From Candidatus Nanoarchaeia archaeon (GTDB lineage Archaea > Nanobdellota > Nanobdellia > Woesearchaeales > JANQNC01): 32,000 bases of DNA. A program made the position numbers and the translations under genes. The notes beneath the pieces were generated by a model. It worked only from the letters and a program-made list of their open reading frames with translations, was not told the origin of the DNA and ran no database searches. The stretch is from positions 870,001 through 902,000 of the forward strand of contig JANQNC010000001.1 in NCBI GenBank assembly GCA_028279745.1, read 5' to 3'. Of this stretch, positions 16,011 to 23,852 are shown piece by piece (position 1 is the stretch's first letter; the number at the start of each line of letters is the position of its first letter).

Positions 16011-17267
16011 ATGAAAAAAACAATAATTATGGTTGTACTTCTAGCAGCTTTAATTCTAGCTGGATGTAGTCAAACAACAAATACACAAATAGAAGATAAA
16101 GAAATGAAAATAAGTGTGGTTACAACATTATTCCCACTATATGAATTTGCAAGAGAAGTCGGTGGAGACAAAGTAGATGTTAATTTATTACTTCCTCCTG
16201 GATCAGAACCTCATTCTTTTGAACCAAAACCAAGTGATATTAAGATAATAGCGGAAGCTGATGCATTTATCTACATTGGTGAAATGATGGAGCCTTGGGC
16301 ACATGATATTTTAGAAGGTTCAAATAATGAAGAATTACAAGTTATTGATGCAAGCAGTTTAGTAACTTTACTTGAAAGCGATCATCACGATGAACATCAT
16401 GACGATCATGAAGATGAAGAGCATGATGAAGAACACGAAGAAGATGATGAACATCACGACGAACACACTGTAGAAGAAGAATGTTTAGAACATGAAGGAA
16501 CATGGGTAGAAGAACATGAAGAATGTGAAGGAATCAGTGAAGAAGTTTGTGATGAGTTAGGTGGAGAATTTAATGAATGTGGAAGTGCATGTAGAAATGA
16601 TCCAAGTACTGCAATCTGCACTTTACAATGTGTGTTAGTATGTTCTTTTGAAGAGCATGAAGAGGAACATCATGACGATCATGAAGATGGAGAGCATGAA
16701 GATGAACATGAAGAAGATGATCATCATCATGGAGAACACGACCCGCATATTTGGTTAGATCTAAGCAATGATCAAGAAATTGTGGATGAAATTGTAAGAG
16801 TATTCAGTTTACTTGACAGTGAAAACTCAAAAGTTTACGAAGAAAATGCAGAAGCATATAAAGCTAAGTTAGCAGCACTTGATCAGAGATATAAAACAGA
16901 ATTAAGTGAATGTGAACAAGACGAGTTTATTGTAGGCGGACATAACTTCTTTTCTTACATAGAAGAAAGATATGAAATTGAAGGAATCTCAGCAATTGAG
17001 AATCTAGAGCCAAATACAGAACCAACTCCAAAAAGAATCAAAGAAATAACAGATATTGCTGAAGAACACGGTATAAAGTATATATTAACCGAAGTTTTAA
17101 TAAGTAAGCAAATGGCAGAAGCAATAGCGAGTGAGGCAGGAGCAGAAGTTTTAACATTTAATCCAGCTCCAAACTTGCCAAAAGAAGACTTTGACAAAGG
17201 AGTTACTTTCATTTCTGTTATGGAAGATAACCTTGAAACTTTGAAGAAGGCTTTGGAGTGCGAATAG
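16011..17267 (+). CDS. znuA: ABC metal-binding lipoprotein, ZnuA/TroA (cluster 9) family, with an expanded His/Asp/Glu loop and a Cys-rich insert
   Basis: It has a signal peptide with the lipobox LAGC and metal ligand motifs GSEPHSFEP and HDPHIWLD. Two His-rich acidic stretches flank an 8-Cys segment. Confidence 0.85.
   Translation: MKKTIIMVVLLAALILAGCSQTTNTQIEDKEMKISVVTTLFPLYEFAREVGGDKVDVNLLLPPGSEPHSFEPKPSDIKIIAEADAFIYIGEMMEPWAHDILEGSNNEELQVIDASSLVTLLESDHHDEHHDDHEDEEHDEEHEEDDEHHDEHTVEEECLEHEGTWVEEHEECEGISEEVCDELGGEFNECGSACRNDPSTAICTLQCVLVCSFEEHEEEHHDDHEDGEHEDEHEEDDHHHGEHDPHIWLDLSNDQEIVDEIVRVFSLLDSENSKVYEENAEAYKAKLAALDQRYKTELSECEQDEFIVGGHNFFSYIEERYEIEGISAIENLEPNTEPTPKRIKEITDIAEEHGIKYILTEVLISKQMAEAIASEAGAEVLTFNPAPNLPKEDFDKGVTFISVMEDNLETLKKALECE
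16392..16456 (+). repeat. His-rich-loop coding repeat, copy 1
   Basis: The sequence gaacatcatgacgatcatgaagatg... recurs at 16665-16726 with about 58 of 62 identities plus one 3-nt indel. Confidence 0.75.
16665..16726 (+). repeat. His-rich-loop coding repeat, copy 2
   Basis: See copy 1. The first 25 nt are identical between the copies. Confidence 0.75.
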
Positions 17268-18059
17268 ATGGGAAACCTTGTTGAGATAAAAAATATAAGT
17301 TTTAATTTTGGAAGTACAGAGGTACTTTCAAAAATTAATTTTTCTATTAGTAAAGGGGACTTTGTAGGTCTAATAGGACCTAATGGATCAGGCAAGACAA
17401 CACTAATAAAATTACTGTTAGGGCTTTACAAACCACAAAAAGGATCAATTAAGATTAATGGAAAAGATATTTCAGAATTTTCTGACTGGGGAAAGATTGG
17501 ATATGTTCCTCAAAAAGCAACAAACTTCTCAGATACATTTCCTGCAAGTGTTCAAGAGATAGTTTTAACAGGAAGTTTATCAAACAAAAGATTTCTTAAA
17601 AAGTATACTTCAAAAGATTATGATTTGGCACTCGAAGCTTTAAAAAAAGTGGAGATGCAAGACTTTCTAAACAGAAGAATAGGTGAACTTTCTGGAGGGC
17701 AACAACAAAGAGTCTTTATTGCAAGAGCTCTGATTACAAATCCAGAAATATTAATACTTGACGAACCAACAACGGGAGTTGATCAAGAAACTCAAACAAA
17801 ATTTTATGATCTGCTACATACTCTAAATAAAGAGGGGATCAGCATCATTATTGTTTCACATGATCTCCAAAGAGTAACTAAATATGTTACAAAAGTGGCT
17901 AGTTTGAATAAAAAACTGGACTTTTATGGGTCTCACAAAGAATTCTGTAGTCACCCAGACCATGATAATGAACATCATTGTTTAATTATTAAAAAAGGAC
18001 ACGAATGTAAAGAACCAAAGTGTGACGAACCTGCATGTATGAAGGAGAAAAAATGTTAG
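17268..18059 (+). CDS. znuC: ABC transporter ATPase (ZnuC-like) with a C-terminal Cys/His-rich tail
   Basis: It has Walker A GPNGSGKTT, the signature LSGGQQQR, Walker B ILILDEPT and the H-loop VSHD. A 37-aa tail contains 6 Cys and 5 His. Confidence 0.88.
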   Translation: MGNLVEIKNISFNFGSTEVLSKINFSISKGDFVGLIGPNGSGKTTLIKLLLGLYKPQKGSIKINGKDISEFSDWGKIGYVPQKATNFSDTFPASVQEIVLTGSLSNKRFLKKYTSKDYDLALEALKKVEMQDFLNRRIGELSGGQQQRVFIARALITNPEILILDEPTTGVDQETQTKFYDLLHTLNKEGISIIIVSHDLQRVTKYVTKVASLNKKLDFYGSHKEFCSHPDHDNEHHCLIIKKGHECKEPKCDEPACMKEKKC

Positions 18060-18871
18060 AAATATTAGAATATGCATTTATGCAAAAAGCATTTATCACA
18101 GGCATTGTAATTGCAATAGCTTGTTCTCTTTTAGGAGTATTTTTAGTTCTTAGGAGATATGCGCTTATTGGTGATGGGATTGCACATATTTCTTTTGGGG
18201 GGGTTGCAACAGGATTACTTTTCAATATAACTCCTTTTTTTGGAGCTTTGATTTTCTCACTAATTGGATCATTAGGAATTCTTAACATAAAAGCGAAAAC
18301 AAATCTTTACGGAGATTCTGCAATTGGAATTGTGAGCCATTCAAGTTTAGGCATAGGGATATTTATTCTATCGGTAGCAAATGGGTTTAATATAGATATA
18401 CTTAGTTTTCTATTTGGGAGTATTTTGGCAATTAAGCAAAGTGAGATGGTGTTATCAATTGTTTTGGCAGTTATAGTAATTGCAGTAATCTATTTTTTTT
18501 ACAATGAACTATTCTCAATAACTTTTGATGAAAACACATCAAAAACATTCGGAATAAAAACAGGATTTTTAAACACTCTTTTAATAGTTCTAACTGCACT
18601 GACTATAGTTGGATCAATGAGAGTTGTAGGATTAATGTTAGCATCATCCTTGATAATCTTACCTGCTGCATCCGCACTGCAGCTTAGACTTAGTTTTAAG
18701 AAAACCCTATTTGCATCAGCAATTATAGCTGTGTTAAGTGTGATATTAGGGCTTTATTTAGCCTACATGTTTGATTTTGCAGTGTCGGGAACAATAGTGC
18801 TGCTAAATACAATAATGTTTATATTGACACAAATTTACAAAAAAGTAAAGAGTATGTTAATCAAAAAATAG
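18053..18871 (+). CDS. znuB: ABC-3 family metal permease (ZnuB-like)
   Basis: It is polytopic and hydrophobic, with a LRRYALIGDGIAH motif. The ATG at 18053 is preceded by aaggaga and overlaps the znuC stop. The ORF-track start at 18035 is less likely. Confidence 0.85.
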   Translation: MLEILEYAFMQKAFITGIVIAIACSLLGVFLVLRRYALIGDGIAHISFGGVATGLLFNITPFFGALIFSLIGSLGILNIKAKTNLYGDSAIGIVSHSSLGIGIFILSVANGFNIDILSFLFGSILAIKQSEMVLSIVLAVIVIAVIYFFYNELFSITFDENTSKTFGIKTGFLNTLLIVLTALTIVGSMRVVGLMLASSLIILPAASALQLRLSFKKTLFASAIIAVLSVILGLYLAYMFDFAVSGTIVLLNTIMFILTQIYKKVKSMLIKK

Positions 18872-18900
18872 GGTCGTAGGACTGGACTGGAGTTTCCAGG

Positions 18901-18917
18901 CTCGCAGAGGGCTTTCT
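18901..18917 (+). repeat. degenerate third copy of the tRNA-Thr 3' end / att sequence
   Basis: The sequence ctcgcagagggctttct matches tRNA/trailer 11479-11495 (ctcgccgggggctttct) at 15 of 17 positions. It has the same orientation and lies 30 nt after the znuB stop. Confidence 0.55.
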
Positions 18918-18960
18918 ACTTCCAGTTAAGTTTATATATTTTCTAAGATTGCCCAATGAT

Positions 18961-19239
18961 ATGAATCTTGAAGCTAGAGCAGGTGTAGAAACACGAGAGA
19001 AAGTATGGAAGGGAATAACCTATGGAACAGCTGCATGGATGTTTGCTACAGGAATAACTGGAACTGCACTGAACATTTTGGGTTATAAGGAAGCAGCACA
19101 TTTTGTTAATGAAATTCTTTTAGAGTATGGGACAGGTTCTGGTTTAACAGCATTTTTAGCAAGTTCAATTTACAACTGGACAGGTCAAAGAGATAAAGAC
19201 CGAAATGAATATTATGGACTTGAAAAACAAACATTTTAA
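18961..19239 (+). CDS. small membrane protein, hypothetical
   Basis: It has two hydrophobic segments. The ATG at 18961 lies about 25-30 nt downstream of the TATA-like tttatata. The ORF track shows a TTG start at 18949. Confidence 0.45.
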   Translation: MNLEARAGVETREKVWKGITYGTAAWMFATGITGTALNILGYKEAAHFVNEILLEYGTGSGLTAFLASSIYNWTGQRDKDRNEYYGLEKQTF

Positions 19240-19264
19240 AAAGAAACTTCTTGTCAAATAATAC

Positions 19265-19765
19265 ATGGATACAATAGTAATTACGACGATATTTTTTATG
19301 TTTATAATATTCTACATAATGTATAATGTGAAAAAGAAATATTACAGGTCTTTTTTCGTAGCATTTGTTATGTCGTTATCATGGACAATCTATTATGGAT
19401 ATAATTACAAAGGAACAAACCTTTACCTGTTTGGAAGCATAAACCTGTTTGCATTATTAGGATGGACTGCAGGGCTTATGGTGTTGTTTACAGCATTCTG
19501 CAAACTACATGAAAAACTAAAAAACAAATGGAAAGCGTTAGGAGTAACATACGCACTATACTTAATACTAATATTCCCATTTGAATGGTTTGGATACAAC
19601 ATACTAAAAATACAACTAACCTCATCATTCCACGGAATATTTAATCTGCCATTGATGCATGGCAGCCCATTATTGAAAGTATATTATCTTACAGCAGGAG
19701 CAATATATCTGTTAATACTTATTGCAATAGGAGAAATAAAAGACGAAAAAAAGAAAAAGCGTTAA
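19265..19765 (+). CDS. integral membrane protein, hypothetical
   Basis: It has about 4-5 hydrophobic helices and a lysine-rich C-terminus. I recognised no motif. Confidence 0.5.
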   Translation: MDTIVITTIFFMFIIFYIMYNVKKKYYRSFFVAFVMSLSWTIYYGYNYKGTNLYLFGSINLFALLGWTAGLMVLFTAFCKLHEKLKNKWKALGVTYALYLILIFPFEWFGYNILKIQLTSSFHGIFNLPLMHGSPLLKVYYLTAGAIYLLILIAIGEIKDEKKKKR

Positions 19766-19793
19766 ATATAACATATACAGAATATAAGACAAA

Positions 19794-20243
19794 ATGGAAG
19801 GATACGAACAACTAAAGCAAGAATATGACTTGCCTGAGTATAACGAATTAGACAATGAATTCGAGATAAGTCTACTAGAAGATGCACCATTTCCATTAAG
19901 AAACATAAGAAGAAAAATAATGGAGAAAGTGGATTTCTATGCAAGACTATTGGAAGAACAACTACAGCCAGAAGCACAACTTCCATTAATACATGAATGT
20001 AAATATTTCACAGATGAAGACAAATCAAGAATGTTCAAATTCTACATGAAGCTAATGTTAATAGTGCGAGCTTCAGCACAGCTAGGGATAGAGGAAGATG
20101 ACCAAAAAACAGCAAAGTTCATAACAAAAACACTAGCTGAATGGAAAGAGATGAAACCAGAACTATTACAATACTTAAGAAAAGTAAGAGATGCATGGAA
20201 AGAAGACATAAGCACAACAGAAACACTGGGGTATTTAGGATGA
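19794..20243 (+). CDS. hypothetical protein, translationally coupled to adk
   Basis: It is a 149-aa acidic helical ORF. Its stop overlaps the adk start (ATGA at 20240-20243). Confidence 0.5.
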   Translation: MEGYEQLKQEYDLPEYNELDNEFEISLLEDAPFPLRNIRRKIMEKVDFYARLLEEQLQPEAQLPLIHECKYFTDEDKSRMFKFYMKLMLIVRASAQLGIEEDDQKTAKFITKTLAEWKEMKPELLQYLRKVRDAWKEDISTTETLGYLG

Positions 20244-20863
20244 AACTATTGATCGTAGGACCGCAAGCAGCAGGAAAAGGAACACAAGCAAAACTAATCT
20301 CTGAAAAATATGATATTCCACACATTTCTACAGGTGACATGTTTAGAAGTGCAGCAGAACAAGGGACTGAAGCAGGACTAAAGGCTAAGGAAGAGTATTG
20401 GGGACAAGGAAAACTAGTTCCAGACGAAGTAACAAACCAACTATTATATGATAGAATACAACAAGACGACTGCAAAAACGGATTTGTACTGGATGGATTC
20501 CCAAGAAACATCCCCCAGGCAGAATACTTAGATGGAATAACTTCAATAGACAAAGTAATATCTTTAGAATTATCAGACGAAGAAGCAATCAAAAGAATAT
20601 CGGGAAGAAGAACCTGTAAAGGATGTAGTGAGATATACAACATAACCTCAAACCCGCCAAAACAAGAAAACATATGTGACAAATGTGATAATGAGCTATA
20701 CCAAAGAGACGACGATAAACCAGACGCAGTTAAATTAAGACTACAAACATACCACGATCAAACAGAACCGATCCTAGAACATTACAAAGACAAAGTTGTG
20801 AAAGTAGATGCTTCAAAAAGTATTGAAGAAGTGAGTGAAGCGGTATTTAAAGAGCTAAACTGA
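20240..20863 (+). CDS. adk: adenylate kinase, long (bacterial-type) form with a Zn-binding lid
   Basis: It starts MKLLIVGPQAAGKGTQAKL (P-loop) and contains GFVLDGFPR, the lid cysteines CKGC...CDKC, and RDDD. The ORF-track start at 20141 is an upstream extension inside the previous gene. Confidence 0.9.
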   Translation: MKLLIVGPQAAGKGTQAKLISEKYDIPHISTGDMFRSAAEQGTEAGLKAKEEYWGQGKLVPDEVTNQLLYDRIQQDDCKNGFVLDGFPRNIPQAEYLDGITSIDKVISLELSDEEAIKRISGRRTCKGCSEIYNITSNPPKQENICDKCDNELYQRDDDKPDAVKLRLQTYHDQTEPILEHYKDKVVKVDASKSIEEVSEAVFKELN

Positions 20864-20975
20864 TTCTATTTAAAAAAGATATACCAACATTTATAAGAAA
20901 CTTGTAAGTTTTCTATACAAAAAAAAGAGTGTAGATTAAGTCACTCAAGAATAATTCTTGAGGAGGGGTTGAAGA

Positions 20976-21290
20976 ATGGGATTTAAAGAAAACTTAGCAG
21001 AACTAAAATCTATAGATACACTAGAATGCATAGAGATATATAATCATGAAGGCAAGATAGGAACAATACCGAATGAAGAAGGAAAGAGAGGATCATTGCA
21101 AGTTTATGCAAATATTTTAGGGTTTCAAAATGGAAACATAACACAAGAGATGGCAGAAAGAGGTTTGGAAATTTTTGGAGAATACGTTGCAGATGAGACA
21201 AAAAATCCAGGGAAACATCCTAACATAGCTCATCTACTTAATGTTACAAAAAAAGGAGAAAGACTAGACGCGATAATAAAATACAAGTAA
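20976..21290 (+). CDS. hypothetical protein
   Basis: It is a 104-aa ORF with a strong SD (gaggagggg) upstream. I recognised no motif. Confidence 0.45.
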   Translation: MGFKENLAELKSIDTLECIEIYNHEGKIGTIPNEEGKRGSLQVYANILGFQNGNITQEMAERGLEIFGEYVADETKNPGKHPNIAHLLNVTKKGERLDAIIKYK

Positions 21291-21350
21291 ACGGAGGCAA
21301 TCAGAAACAAAATGTTTCTGAGCCCCCAATTAAAATTGGAGGAATAAAAA

Positions 21351-22648
21351 ATGAAAATAAATGAAAATTTTAGAAAATTCGAAGGAGCACCTTACCTGTT
21401 TAAAGCAGTACAAGAGAAAGAAGATGAATACAGAAAGAATAATCCAGATGTAAAAGTTATAAGTTTAGGAATAGGAAATACAAAACTTCCTTTGCATGCA
21501 GGGATTGCAGAATACATTGCAGGAGCAACAGCAGGACTAGGAAGATTAGAAGGATTTACAGAAGAACAACTGGAAGCAGGAACACAGATGGTTAAGGATT
21601 TCACGAAGCAGGACTAGACAGATACAACGGATACGGAGCAGAACAAGGAAACAAACTACTAAGAAAAAGAATAAACCAGATAAAATACAATGGGCAATTT
21701 GACTTAGACGAAGTATTTGTAAGTGATGGTGCTAAGTGTGACTCTGCTAATATACAACAAATATTCTCAATAGACTCAAAAGTAGCACTACAAAACCCAG
21801 CATACCCTGTGTATGAAGGAAGCAATGTAATAGGTGGAAGAACAGGAAACGTAGATCCAAAAACAGGAGAGTTTGACGGACTAGTATACATGGCATGCAA
21901 CGATAAAAACAACTTTTTCCCATCAGAACTACCAACAGATGTAGATGTGATGTACATATGCAATCCAAACAACCCAACAGGAGCAGCAATGACAACAGAT
22001 CAGTTAGCACAACTAGTGGATCATGCACTAGACAACAAAATACTGGTACTGTATGACTCAGCATATGAAAGGTACATAACAGATGACAAGCTACCAAAAA
22101 CAATCTATGAAATAGGTGGAGCAGAAAGATGTGCAATAGAGATAGGAAGTTTCTCAAAAGAAGCAGGTTTCACAGGAGTAAGACTTGGATGGAGTGTAGT
22201 TCCAAAGAACTTATCTGTATTAGAGAAAAAAGACGAAAAAGACCCAACACTAAACTGGGTATGGAACAAAAGAACATGCACATCATTTAATGGAGCTAGC
22301 AACATAGTACAAGCAGGTGGGTTATTTGTAATGACAAAAGAAGGCCAAGAAAAGACACAAGAATACATAGACTACTACATGGAAAACGCAAGAATAGAAA
22401 GAAAAGCATTAGAAAGTATAGGACTTACAGTATTTGGAGCTGAAAACGCACCATACGCATTTGCAAAAGTTCCATCGGGAGAAACATCAACAAGCTTCGC
22501 AGGCAAGTTGTTAGAAAAATGTGGAATAGTCTCAACACCAGGTGTTGGATTTGGTTCAGCAGGAGAAGGATTCGTAAGATTAAGCGGATACGGAATCAGA
22601 GAAGATATAGAAGAAGCAGCAAGAAGAATAGAAGAGAACATGAAGTAA
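21351..22648 (+). pseudogene. dapL: LL-diaminopimelate aminotransferase (DapL-type), interrupted by a frameshift near 21550-21617
   Basis: The N-terminal part occupies one frame (YLF, VISLGIGNTKLPL) and ends at TAG 21615-21617. The rest occupies the -1 frame from about 21594 (GYGAEQG, VFVSDGAKCD, NPAYPVY, NPNNPTG, SFSKEAGFTGVRLGW with the PLP Lys). Confidence 0.8.
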
Positions 22649-22690
22649 TTTTTTGTTTTTTTTCTAAATTTTTTTATTTTATTTTTAATT
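22649..22690 (+). terminator. oligo-T tract (archaeal-type terminator) after dapL
   Basis: The sequence ttttttgttttttttctaaatttttttattttattttt begins immediately after the stop codon. Confidence 0.45.
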
Positions 22691-22791
22691 AATTTAGTGC
22701 TATTTTGTGTTGTTAGTTTGGTTAACAAATACTATATTTTATTGGTTTTTTGTTAATTTAACTTATTTTTAGGTACTTTATGTTAACTTGG

Positions 22792-23778
22792 TTAACAGAA
22801 CATATTTTTGATTACAATTGTTGCATAACTGCCTTTATTCAGTTTAAAATTAAGTTTGCAAACTGAGTCTTTGCAGTCAATTGTTAGATCTTTAACTTCA
22901 GAAAAAACATCTCTTTCACTGCCTTCACTAGAAAGATTTGGGATCTCCCTGATTATGAAATCACGTTGAGTCAGATTTTCTTTTTCAAGAAGTTTAGTGT
23001 AAGCAGATTCAAGTTCTTTATCTTCAAATTCAGTTCCGAAACCTATTAATGGGATTGAGATGTTATTTGGTTTGTCTAATTCTTTTGGGAATGCTAGTTT
23101 ACCTTGAGAATAACCACACTCTTTGACATCTTTGAACTCTTTTCTTATGTACTTTGAAACAACTTCGTTCCATAAATAACTTTGAAATGAATTAATGTAA
23201 AATGAAGCGATCTTTTTTGGAAGCTGTCTGATGGCACCAACAAAGTCTGTTGGTTTTTCTTTCAAGTAATCGTCGACAAACTTATTTGTTTTAGCAATCA
23301 ACTCTGCAGCACTCTTGAAATCTTTCTTAAGAATAAACTTTCCAATCTTAACATTATCTGTGCTAAATCTTTGATCATCAAAATAGTTTACTGTGAAATT
23401 TATTTTGTCTGGTTCTTTTTCAACAGCTCTTATAGTTATAATGAACTCATTACCTTCTAGATCACCAAGACTTATCGGTTTATTGCATGAGCCGATAAAG
23501 TTTAATTTAATGTTGTCTATGTTTAATTTGGTTACTTTGTCTTTGTTAACATTCTTTATCGATATTACTTGCTCAGTAACTGCATGTCTATCTTTAGTGC
23601 CAGCAAAACCGATATCATTCAAATTGATCCTCAAAGCGAAAGCTATTTTCTTACACGCATCAATGGTGTTGAGTTCTGTTTTCTTAAGTTTGAAATAGTT
23701 GTATTGTCCTTCTGAAGTTTTAATGTTTGAAATCTCCTTAACAATGAAGTCTTCTGGCTTCTCTTTTATCTTGTACAT
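22792..23778 (-). CDS. truD: tRNA pseudouridine synthase D (TruD/Pus7 family)
   Basis: It has the N-terminal PEDFIVKEI motif and the catalytic motif GFAGTKDRHAVTEQ. It is about 328 aa. Confidence 0.85.
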   Translation of the reverse strand: MYKIKEKPEDFIVKEISNIKTSEGQYNYFKLKKTELNTIDACKKIAFALRINLNDIGFAGTKDRHAVTEQVISIKNVNKDKVTKLNIDNIKLNFIGSCNKPISLGDLEGNEFIITIRAVEKEPDKINFTVNYFDDQRFSTDNVKIGKFILKKDFKSAAELIAKTNKFVDDYLKEKPTDFVGAIRQLPKKIASFYINSFQSYLWNEVVSKYIRKEFKDVKECGYSQGKLAFPKELDKPNNISIPLIGFGTEFEDKELESAYTKLLEKENLTQRDFIIREIPNLSSEGSERDVFSEVKDLTIDCKDSVCKLNFKLNKGSYATIVIKNMFC

Positions 23779-23852
23779 TTTACCTCTTTAAGCTGTGAAA
23801 GCTATATAAAATTATCCGTAATACTTAAATAAGACATAACTGTAACTTTTGC

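Noticed and set aside
16380-16745. The periodic gaa/gat/cat-rich repeats might be a tandem repeat or CRISPR-like array.
   Set aside because: They lie inside an intact ORF and encode His/Asp/Glu loops of ZnuA. There is no repeat-spacer periodicity. I report them as a coding duplication instead.
18871-18900. A pseudo-tRNA or second tRNA gene might lie after znuB (gggtcgtagg...ctggagtttccag).
   Set aside because: Only the last 17 nt resemble the tRNA 3' end. Upstream there is merely a 5-bp hairpin with a 3-nt loop, and no acceptor, D or anticodon arms can be folded. I treat it as an att remnant plus a possible terminator hairpin.
20141-20239. These are N-terminal extensions offered by the ORF track: adk from 20141, PHP from 9926, GT4 from 1847 and znuB from 18035.
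   Set aside because: The extensions overlap the preceding or opposite gene and have non-protein-like sequence. Internal ATGs with an SD or TATA context give family-typical N-termini, for example MKLLIVGPQAAGKGT for adk.
21591-21605. The dapL junction might be a programmed -1 ribosomal frameshift site.
   Set aside because: There is no X XXY YYZ slippery heptamer. In aag gat ttc only the Phe codon could re-pair. No obvious downstream hairpin or pseudoknot is visible. This cannot be fully excluded without data.
21557-21625. The frameshifting segment in dapL might be an archaeal bulge-helix-bulge mRNA intron.
   Set aside because: The segment and both flanks are strongly purine-rich (gaag and agga runs). 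I could find no complementary arms to build the two helices and 3-nt bulges of a BHB motif. Short direct repeats explain the structure better.
22718-22797. The sequence ttggttaaca is repeated at 22718-22727 and 22788-22797, and there are three GTTAAC palindromes in the dapL/truD intergenic spacer.
   Set aside because: The motifs are short, lie in a T-rich terminator region, and one copy overlaps the truD stop codon. There is no further structure or coding potential to support an element.
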